Below, in pieces: positions 1-10,481 of a DNA stretch of 64,000 nucleotides (its first letter is position 1; each line of letters begins with the position of its first letter). Position numbers and translations under genes: made by a program. The notes under the pieces were generated by a model. That model saw only the letters and a list, made by a program, of their open reading frames with translations. It did no database searches and was not told where the DNA came from. This DNA is from Utricularia gibba (taxonomy: Eukaryota; Plantae; Magnoliophyta), in the NCBI GenBank assembly GCA_002189035.1, contig NEEC01000012.1, positions 186,001 to 250,000 of the forward strand, in the 5' to 3' direction.

Positions 1-190
1 TTATCCTCAACAAAATACACCTTCCATAATCCAAACTAGAGCAAAGGCAGATGATTCCATTCATCTGTTAGTAGGTTAATCCATTTTGGATTAATAATAT
101 AATCCACATAAATTCTTAACTCATTTTTTTGGGAATTCACACTCCAAAGAGAAGTACACCACAGAGCACACGTATAACAGGAAGGTGAAG

Positions 191-1492
191 TTCTGCAGAC
201 CACTCAACTCCAAGTAGAAAGACAGATACATAGATAGATAGATGGATGGGTGGGGTATTCATTCATTCACTGGTGCGGATCATGGAGCCAAGCACGCTGC
301 ACCCAAGCTCACATCCTGGGCAACAAGAGCAGTATGAGAGTGGAGTTTCATGTATTCAACAACGCGCACGAGGAGAAACTGGGCTTACAGTAAGGGACGA
401 TCTTCCATCGTTGATTATCTCCCTTGGTCCATCCCCAAAGAACGATGATCGAGCCGTCGTGAACTCCCCCGTGGTCCTTGTCGCCATGAAAAGCATCGAA
501 ATTCAGACGGATGTTGTTCACCATTCTTATAGCAAGATAACCGTCTCCCAGTGGTTTGCTCTCGGACCATAAAATGGATTCATCCAGGAAGTGGGGATTG
601 TAAGGGATCAGCTGCACCTGTCATGACACAATAGAGAGGGAGAGTGTTGTAAGCCCCAATCGGTCCTTGTGCTGAGTTGCTTTTGATGTGGGAGAGAAAT
701 TACGGGGTGGGTTGAACCGATGGAGTGCTTGATGGCCTGTCTGGTTGCTTTGTTGATCAGAGCAAAGCCAGGGTGCCCCTCATCATCCTTCACTGTTGAG
801 CCGAACCTCTCATCCCTTATCCAGTGCTGATGTCAAAAAGAAAAAATAAGCATAGCGTCACAGAGCAACAAGATCGAATCCAGTTAAAGTACTTTTTTTT
901 TTGGTATCGATTCCGAAATTTCACAAAGGAAAAATAGTGACTCAAGCGCTGAAGTCAATCATCTTAAGCTTCAAAGTATAAGACGGTTCGTGCAATTAAC
1001 GAAACCAAAGACGCCCAAACAAGCCATGCTGTCTCCGATTTCTAGGGTCGGAACAGGGGATGTAAGAGATCGGATATCAGAAAGGAAAGCGTCAATCGAA
1101 GCTAACCTGAAAAGGGTCTAAAGGATCAGCGCGAGCAAGGATCACTTTACCATCGCGGATAGAGAGGCAGTGGTGATTCTCAGCTTTGCAGTACATCTTC
1201 ACAGTGGGCCTGTGAAACACTTCATCATCCACCTGGTGGGCATCATGGTGATGGCGCGGATGATGATGAGGGGGAGGGGCAAACGCGTTCACCCCTGGTG
1301 GCGGCGGAGGTGGGTACACTTCCAGGCCTGGGCCGTGGTGGGAAACGTGATACACTTGAGGAAGCGGTGGTGGAGGATGGTGGACATTGAACACCGGCGG
1401 CGGCGGAGGGGGGTAGACTTCCGGGGAGGGCCTCCATGGGAGACATGATAGACTTGAGGCGGAGGACCACCATGATGATGTTGGTGATCCAT
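191..1492 (-). CDS. EULS3: Euonymus-lectin (ricin-B-like) EULS3-type protein with His/Pro-rich N-terminus; exons 1492-1107, 826-704, 617-389, 192-191; needs +1 nt near 1423-1426 to be in frame
   Basis: EUL-domain motifs in spliced frame: KMYCKAE...LSIRDGKVILARADP, HWIRDE...GHPGFALINKAT, QLIPYNP..LDESILWSES..G.GY.AIRMVNNI.LNFDAFHG..DHGGVHDG..IVLW.WTKGDNQRWKIVPY. All introns GT-AG. Exon sum is 740 nt, one short of 741 (246 aa + stop). Confidence 0.85.
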
Positions 1493-3520
1493 GGAGTAGT
1501 TGAATTTCCTTCCACTCTTCCGATCAAGCAGTAGGGGTTGTATAGGAGAGGATGATGGATTGCTTCGCAACTAAGATACGCGTGTGGACGTGTAGGCCTT
1601 TCGAGTCGACCCAATAAATAACTCTGTCGTAAAAGAGATTCCGTTCCAAGCAAGGCCTTGTTCCTTCACCACTAGATTGTGCTCCAGAATGGTCGGCGTT
1701 AGCAGAATACCCATCCATATAGCCTGTAAATTTTCAAGGCAGATTAGTCAACTTGTATAAAAAATAATTAGTTTCATTAATTCATGTATAAAAACTGTGT
1801 TTCATAAATATAATTAAAATTTATTTTATGAAATATATTTAATAAAAGATGTTATAAGTAATAGTTAAAATTTTACTATAACAAACAATGATTTCGAAAT
1901 TAAAATTAAAATAATTTATAATTTTTTTAATAGTAAGTAGACAAATTAATTAATTATATTTAATTATTAATATTATATAAATTAAAAATCAATATATTGT
2001 TACTATTTTCAAAATTATTTTATATTAATATTTTAAAATATTATATTTAATAATTCATAATATTTTAACATCTATAATCTTAAATTATTATTAGTTATAC
2101 ATAGATTCTATTCAAATGAAATGCAATTTTCATTTCATGTTTCAGTTGTTCAATGAGATCATACTACGAGCCATGCAGGTTACTCTTGCTCATATCCCTC
2201 TGTAGTCGCAAATCCTCATGCTGAAAGTATTTATCCTGATGTATAAGGTAGAATATGTCATGTGATATGTGCATCTTTTATTCAATCATAAAAATTGTTA
2301 ATTTTTGTTTAGGTACTTCTACCTTTGAGAGATATATATCACTTCTTTTAAGTTTTGAAGCTATATATCACTCATTAGTTACAAGCTTAAATTATTTATC
2401 ATAATGCACAAGATGTAGGAGATGTATACTACATCTCTTAGGGTACGTTTGGTTGATGGGTAACGTCTTCACTCAATTTTAGTTTATTTGAATTTAGATA
2501 AGTGAATTTTATGAATTTAAAAGATTATTCAAGTTTGGTTAATGAATTTAATTTATTTACATTTAAAATGAAAACATGTTTGATAAATGAGTATAAAATT
2601 AGGTACATAATGAATATATATATATATATATATGAATTTACAAGTATACCCTTAAATTAATTGTCACATATTATAGTTTCTTGTATCATTTTACAATTCA
2701 ATCACTACATAGCATAAATTACGATGCTTAGTTGAAATTGCATTTTTTTAACAAACACGTATAATAATAGACAAGGTGTTTGTCTTCAAAATGAAAACCC
2801 ACAATTAGCAGCAAAAAAAAATGAATCGAAGACAAACATGATTTCATGAAACTTCAATAATATTGAATTCAACAGATTTGAACAGATTTACTATAGTTAT
2901 GTAGTAATTCTGACTTTTAAAAAAATTGACTAAGGTTAGAATGGGAAGACACAAAAGTATTTATGTAAACCGACCTCCCTCCTTCGGATTATATAAACCA
3001 GAGACTATGGGTGTGTGTCGAGTTTATAAACAATGGGTGGATATATATTTACCCTCTTGCAAATACAGATTTACTAACAAACCCAACTACATTCTTAGCT
3101 ATAAAGACATACTAAACGTGCCTTTAGGTTTTTTCATAAGTGTGAGCCATACGGATTCCTCTTTTTCTTATTTCTACACTTAATTTAAGTTAAATGTAGA
3201 TTTTGATAATTTTCAAGTATTCTCATGTAAATGTTAAACCGTATAATTGGAAAACCTAGGATATGCTATTTCCATTTAGGTGATGAGGGGCTATCCTTGT
3301 AAATGTACAACTACTATCCACATATTTGCATCAATATGCCATATGATTTCATCCAACTTTGTATTCATACTCTCAATTTTAAATTTTGGGACCCATGTGT
3401 AGTAAGTAATTTTTCAGGGTCATTCTTGTATTTTTAAAATCTTTTGGGGTGCGTAATTAACTCAGGGGAAAACCCGAAATGTAGGCTACTTTCACAATTA
3501 ATTGGAAAAATTGGGTTCAT

Positions 3521-3660
3521 TCTCGATGAGTCATCGAGACAATGAACAATCTCGATGACTCATCGAGACTGTTTGACAATGAGTCATCGAGATAATCCTA
3601 TCTCGATGACTCATCGAGATTGTTGCACAGTCATTAGACAGTCTCGATGAGTCATTGAGA
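3521..3660. repeat. Five copies of the 19-bp near-palindrome TCTCGATGA(G/C)TCATCGAGA
   Basis: Copies at 3521, 3550, 3574 (left arm degenerate), 3601 and 3642 (one mismatch); central base runs G,C,G,C,G. Confidence 0.95.
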
Positions 3661-3864
3661 TTATCAAAGAAGATAGTTGACAATACAAAAAAGGAAGATG
3701 CACCTTCTAGAAAATCATGCCTTATAGAAACTAAAGTATGGATTGCCATTAATGTTAAATATATCTCGTGAATGTGAAATTAAATAAATAATTCTATAAA
3801 AGAATTATAAATAGAGAAGTGTATTAATATCATGACTCACTCATCCCTTTCATTTCATATCACA

Positions 3865-6054
3865 ATGGCATCTAGTAGTGTGCCACTATGCGAGTATGAT
3901 TCTTCAACTTTTGAATCAGAATCCAAGCCTATGTCGACTGAAAACACAAATGAAGATGGGTTTCAAGAAAATCTAGATACCACTACTCAACTGCCACAGG
4001 TTCCTGTTTTGCATGCAACAAGTTTGGGATATCAATTTATAGAAGATATATCTGAAAGGTTGGCTATATTATTTAAGAATGTAGAATCAATGATTGCAAA
4101 TGAATTTGCAATCAGATGTAATTATATGAGCTATGATGATAATCCTGTCTTAGAAGTTGGATTGGGATTTAAATCCAAAGAATAAGCTTATTTCTGTGTT
4201 CGCCATTGGCATATTAAGAATCATTTTTAGTTTCGTGTGAATGAAAGTAAATCAAAGCATTTGGTAATGAAAGCTACTCTGCTCAAGCAACATAGTTGAC
4301 TTTCACATTCGTCTATACAAATCGAAGAGAGATGGGATTTGGCAATTCAAAATTTTTCAGCCACATTCTTGTAGAAGTGGAATAGAGGGCAGCAAACATA
4401 GAAACATTTCAATAAGTTTTATTTGACGAGATTTGGTAGATTATGTCTGGAATATGTAAGTTAATATTTTTATAGTATTTGATAATACTTTTTATTTTTT
4501 ATTAATTCAAATTTAAATTTCAAATTTATTTACTTATGTTAGAATTGATCGTGGGTAAAGCAATAACTGAAATAAAAGTCAGGTATAATTATACCATTAA
4601 TTATAATACAACATGATTTGGTGTGCAATGTGCATTTGAACACATGAATCTTGGGAATCTTCAATGAATAAATTACCACATCATATGTTAGCCGTTCAAG
4701 TGACAAATCCCGGTACAATTGTAGAGTGGTCTTTTTATGATACACAATTAGGACCTAATCATAAAATATTCCGCTATGTGTTTTGGGCTTTTAAGCCTTG
4801 CCTTGATGCGTATCAACTATGTGCTCTGATGATTTCTATTGATGCAACACATCTTTATGCAAGGTAATGTTTTTTATTTTAGAATTTCGATTTATATACT
4901 TTATTGTCTCTAATTTACAATTTTATACACAAGTATGATCATAAATTGTGAAATGCTGTTTGTCGTGATTCTAGTGGACATATAATACCAGTAGCATATG
5001 CTATTGTGGATGATGAAACCACAGAATCATATTCATGGTTCATTGAGATTCTAGATGCTTTCATTATTCGACGGCAAGCATGTACAATCATTTCAGATTG
5101 TCATGTTGGTATAGGGTGATGTTAGTTCTATGCAGGCATTTACAGATGGTAGACTTATTCATTGTTGATGCCTTTGACATTTTGTTTCCAATTTTTACAA
5201 GTCTATAAAAAATAAAGACTTAAAGGAGCGTTTATATGCGACTGGTGCTACACCAAATAAGATAAAATTCCAAGGATACATGGAGGAAATCTTTACTCAT
5301 CAAGCGGCAACACAATGGCTGAATCGTCGTGAGATTTTGAATAATATTGACAAATGGACGCTTGCATTTGACAATGGCAAGCGTCACGAATATCTGACTA
5401 CAAATCAGGTAGAATGCATGAATGGAGTTTTTAAAAAAATACGAAGATATCCAATTTGCAGCATTGTGGATTCTACTTTCTATTGAACACAAACAATGTT
5501 TATTACAAGGCGTCAAGAGATCGCTCATTTTAATGATAATAGAGAGGTATGTTATTTCAAATTATTTTGTATTGAAATTCATAAATGATTCATACTTAAT
5601 ATATTTGATAATAAAACAGATTTTCACAGACAAGACAAATGCATGGTTTCAGAAACAACAACAAAAAGCAGGGCAATTTTAGTTATACTATTGGGATCCT
5701 GATCGTCTTGTTGGTTCTATTTATGTTTTGCGAAAACGTGCAAAATAGAACCGAGAAACAGTTGATTTACAATCACAAACATGCACATGTGGAAAGTGGT
5801 TGATTCACCGACTTCCTTGTGCTCATGCTCTAAAATGTGGGAAAATGTGCCGAATGCCATGAAACCAAATGGTTATTCGTGAATCGACTTTGGATTTGTT
5901 GTAGATGCAGTATGCTGATAAGGTATTACAAGATTTAGGTCAAGAAGACGGATGGCCTCAAGCAATTTGGTACTTGTATCATGATAAACTTCGTGAGAAA
6001 CATGAAAGAGGTCGGCATCGTGACACTAGAATTCCAAATGAAGTGGATGACTGA
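3865..6054 (+). pseudogene. MuDR/MULE transposase remnant
   Basis: LEVGLGFKSKE* (MuDR domain start), FWAFKPC...ISIDATHLYA (DDE domain), PVAYAIVDDET..YSWF, WTLAFDNG.R...LTTNQVECMNGVFK, SWIM-type CTCGKW..HRLPCAHA near 5780-5830, RGRHRDTRIPNEVD at the C-terminus. Several stops and frameshifts. Confidence 0.85.
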
Positions 6055-6638
6055 TGTATTGTTTTTATGTTAGTACTTTTGGTTTTTGACTCTAAGTAAC
6101 TATTGAATAAATAAAATATTATCCTCTAATAAATATTCTTATTCCTTAATATATTAAGTACTATTTATGTTATGACTCAAAACATACTTTCAGAATTTTT
6201 TTCATTTTGCTAATTCACATCACACATATTACGCATAAAAACAGTTCTACAGTTGCTTAAACCAGATATATTTTGGAAGCCTTAAACTTATCTCATGCAA
6301 CTAAATTCATTTGAAAGATAAGGAGTAGATCTACTTAAAGAATCAAGAATCATCTAAATCCAATCATCCAAGAGTAAGTTACAAATTTTTAAAGTTGTAC
6401 TCCAAAAACTGTTTCTCGGTAACAACAGCAGTTTGAGCGAGTTTAGGAAAAAGTGCATAACTTTCTACTCCTAGCTTCGAATCCAAACATTCTTTTTAAG
6501 CCTGAAAGGTAACACACTAATCTACAAAAATTATGTTTACTAGATCTTCAGATTCGTAGTCAATTATAACATAAAAATGCATGAACAAGCAATGAATGTT
6601 CAAAACACACCAACACAGAAATAAAGAAATGTCAAGTT

Positions 6639-8445
6639 CTAGTTGTTTTCATCCTCCTCTTCATCATATCTATTTTGCCTAATACCCATGCTAGATGAAG
6701 ATACTATTAGATTAGGCCTTGGAGGTACAGGTGGAGTGGTAAAATTCTCATATAACCATGGAGAAGGTCTTCCTGCCATCGAAGAGAACCCCATATTTAT
6801 GCCACCAACGTAAGGTGGTGTCTGAAATTCATAAGGTGTACTCTATTGTGTTGGGTGTGGATGCATGTAATGAGGGATAAATTGTGGACCAAAACTCTCT
6901 TGAGTTGGATATGTCGGCATCGGATTACCAAAAAATTGCGAAGCCTGCAAATAATCCTGTGATGGATATCTTGAAACATAAGGGTTGTTTGGACGACTAA
7001 TTGAACAGGATTCTCCAGAACAAGGCTCTACATGCATCAAAGGCCAATATGATCTACCAAATAAATAGTCTTGAATTCTGTGAGAGGCAGTCTCAGCTAA
7101 CTCCCTCATCATAGTCGGATCAGTAGAGGACATATTGGCCATGTTATCAAATTAAGATATCTACATAATGAAATGTAAGAAAAAATATTACGAACCAAAT
7201 CGGTTATATAATACTCTCAAGATAGTAATAATTTCTTGATTCCTAGTATTGATCTTTAAAAGTCCAACATTTTGGTGGAGGGTCGGTTGGATTTGGTGGA
7301 ATGCACAATGGTAATCCATACTAATGTGTCACTGTGTACACATTGTGCTATTCAAATATTCCAAAAAAGAGTAATGGCCCACAATATGTCCAAATTTTAC
7401 GGCAATCTTCTTCAACAACTTGAAAATATTCATTCAAATATGGCTGCCAAATAAGCTCGAAATAAAAAAATCAGAAATATACAATAAAAATTTATTTAGT
7501 TTGATTTTCACTTTGTCGTGTCCAATAAGATTTAGACTATCTCTGAAGATAACAGTTGATTGTGAGCCATAGTCGTCCATTCCATATATGTAACATATCT
7601 TCATTAACAACCAACAATTATTATGAAAAATATATTTATGTTAAAAATATTCATAAATTGTTTACCTCCAACCATAAATTATGTGGCATTCTGGATCATA
7701 TGATGTACCAGAAATCGCCATATGCAGATTAGGTAATAGAGTTCAGATTCGACTCAAAGCCCATATCTAAAAAACAGTCTTTTATATTTTGAAGAATTAA
7801 AAAAAATATGTATGAAAATTTTATTAACAAACCTGTAAAAATCATATAGGTCCATCTAAAGTCCAACGTCCATAGATAGATCCCTCGCTTAGCGTACGAT
7901 AAAGATAAGCCAAAACAGTTGAACCCCAACTAAGTTGTTTAGTTTCTTCATCATCGGCGATTAGATCCATATAGTCAAGGCGACCTTCACTCCCTTTCGT
8001 ATTATGGAAAAAAAACACCGCATACGATCAAAGCAGCGATACAACGAGCATATCTACAATTAGTAGAATTAGTGATAACTTAAAAACCAAACAAAGAATT
8101 GGAGAATTATCGCGTTATATCAAACTGCTCTGAATTGTGACCAATTGTCTTCCCAAACTCCTCAACATAATCTTTAAATATTGAAAGTGAGAATTTTGTT
8201 GTGTTTTGGAGTTGTGCTGTTGTGCACCCAAACCTAATTTCAAGAAATTCAAGCCACTTATTCTAATTTTTGGATGCTCTCTTTTTATAAATGGGAAGAC
8301 CATTCACTCGAAAACCACAAATAACAGATACATCTTGGAGTGTTATTGTAACCTGTAAAAATTTTTTGTATATAATTAACTAATTAAAAATAACATTTGT
8401 ACAAAGGAATATATTACCTCTCTACAAACAAGGTGAAATGTTCTG
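6639..8445 (-). pseudogene. Plant mobile domain (aminotransferase-like, MAIN/MAIL-family domain) gene remnant
   Basis: Minus-strand motifs RTFHLVCRE|VTITLQDVSVICGFRVNGLPI (65-nt GT-AG intron 8417-8353), YARCIAALIVCGVFF, WGSTVLAYLYRTL (about 7890-7930), LIWQPY (about 7430-7450). Internal stops; acidic tail ends DEEEDENN* at about 6639. Confidence 0.8.
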
Positions 8446-9454
8446 TGATGGTAATTCTGCAATTGCACAGAAACCGTCGAAGTAATAAAATAAGATCGTA
8501 TCCACAGGGAATTGTTATTGAAATATTCTTTTCAAACAAAGATTCAAAAAGACCGAAAACAAAAGAAAGATTTGGTTTTGAAGACAATAAGAAAAGTGGC
8601 ATTGGATCTAAGATTCACCTTATTTGAAACTCGCTCTCGCGTGTGTGTAAACCTTGAGAACTGACCTGCTTGCGCAAGCTTTGTGGGTGTTATACTAAAA
8701 TAGTGATACTCAGTAACTGTTATATCACCGTCCCTTATTTTGTAGGATTATGGAATCAACCACGCAACCAGAGCCATTTCACTTCTTGTGATAACTCATG
8801 TTTTCCACACACCCAAATCTAATCCCTACACCTCTCACCTCGCAGATAGATTAGATGTGCCTTACCAACGATGTCCGATTGAGCCCTTCTCATTAGGTGC
8901 TTGAGGCCAATCTTTCATTCTCTCACACTCCTTTAGGGCTATATGGTACTAAAGATCACGTTGGTAAAGAAAACGTTGTGAAAAACAGAATTAGACCTCA
9001 AATTAAATGTTGAAAAACATGGTAAGACAGTCATACGCGCAGAACTTGTGCAAACAAGGCTTCACAGCAGATCCTCAGCCGCTAGCGCTCACACGCGCAT
9101 GGTTGACTCTAAACAACAAAAGTTGATGAAAAACGAAGAGAAAGGAATCCAAAACATACTAAACTCGACTCTAAACCCTAGATTAACTCTTTGGCCGTCC
9201 ATCACTTGACTCTCTTCTAGGTCTTCGCATTTGAATCTTTATATAATGGTGGGGATTTGTCGGGCTTTCTTGATGGGCTCACATCAAATTTTCTATTCGA
9301 ATCTTCTAAGATTTGATACAAATTTTCTAGGATGAGATCCAAGTTTTCCAAGATAAGATGTGAATCTTATCTTATCTGAGAATCTTTGATCAAGTTTTCA
9401 TTCGGATAAACCAAATCTTAGACTCCATCAAAGTAGCTCGAAAATCCTCCAAAT

Positions 9455-9455
<1 letters not shown>
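8446..9455 (-). mobile_element. Truncated Athila-like (Ty3/gypsy) LTR, inverted homolog of the 15736-16871 solo LTR
   Basis: Begins TGATGGTAATTCTGC, matching the reverse complement of the solo-LTR end. Collinear with it over several hundred bp by eye. Breaks off at the AAT/ATT microsatellite. Confidence 0.8.

Positions 9456-9539
<84 letters not shown>
9456..9539. repeat. (AAT)n(ATT)n head-to-head microsatellite forming a 68-bp perfect palindrome (9456-9523)
   Basis: Read directly; centre of symmetry between 9489 and 9490. Confidence 0.95.
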
Positions 9540-10481
9540 TCTCAATAATTCAATTTTTAATGGAAATCAACTTGTTCGGTATTATTAATTTCCATTTATT
9601 TTGAGACCATGTAATTATGTACGTTACTTTTTACTTTTTACTTTATTATATTTTAATTTAATAAATAATAATTACGATTATTCTTACGTAACTATATGTT
9701 TTGTAGTCTAGAATCTATAAAAATGAATATCCAAGGATTTCTTCTGTATTAATTTTAAGATTATAACATTTATTTTGTAAAATAATATAAAATTATATTA
9801 TAAAATTTAATAATATATATATATTGTAAAATTTAATATATTAAATTGTTATATAATGTAATATTATGATATAAATGTATTTTTAAAATATACAAAAGTG
9901 AATAATATAATTATTTTAATTATATTATTCAATCACTAAAATATATGCTAAATAAATTTATTAATTTATAAGAATTAAATAGAATATCAATTCAGTAAAT
10001 TAAGTACACATATTGTCATATCATTTTTCCAATAGACCCACTTGGAAGTTGAACAACTAACACCTAATGAAGTAAGAATTAAGAATGGGGCCACGGCTTT
10101 TGCCCGGACAAAAATGGCGTTCACCACCCCACCAACATCCAAACCACCCAACTAAATTTATTTATTTATTAATTAATAAAACACCTTAATCCCCAAAACA
10201 TTAAATATTTTCTATCTCAAATATTTTAAATTGATAATATATACACTTATTATTCTACATTACATAAAGTCGATTTTGTTCTGTATGAAAAAAATAAAAT
10301 CTTATTTCATTTTCAAATAATAATTATTTTGAAACCAATTTTATGATTAAGTTAAATGTTGATGAAGGTGAGACGGAAATCCAGTCTTGTGTTTAGACAG
10401 CATAAGAGCAACACAACATGTTCATGAACATTGCTATTCCATGCTCCACCCCACACCAACCTTCCTCTTCATCCCACATCC

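Larger units (their letters stand above)
3465..8445. mobile_element. Decayed Mutator-like (MULE) DNA transposon: transposase (+) and PMD gene (-) convergent; right end missing
   Basis: Transposase and PMD remnants (see separate features), GGGGAAAA-type start near 3465 and a subterminal palindrome array. No matching right TIR or TSD found, so boundaries are approximate. Confidence 0.75.

Noticed and set aside
246-1718. Overlapping plus-strand and alternate-frame ORFs over the lectin gene
   Set aside because: Antisense or shifted shadows of GC-rich codons. The same applies to shadows over CYP86B, the methyltransferase, RPL31 and SLAH.
2440-2760. Tourist-like MITE start (GGGTACGTTTGG); similar starts at about 14826 and about 17562
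   Set aside because: No matching opposite terminus or TSD could be located by eye.
3521-3660. CRISPR-like look of palindromic repeats with short unique spacers
   Set aside because: Eukaryotic context, spacers only about 5-22 nt and irregular, no cas genes. It lies at a MULE end.
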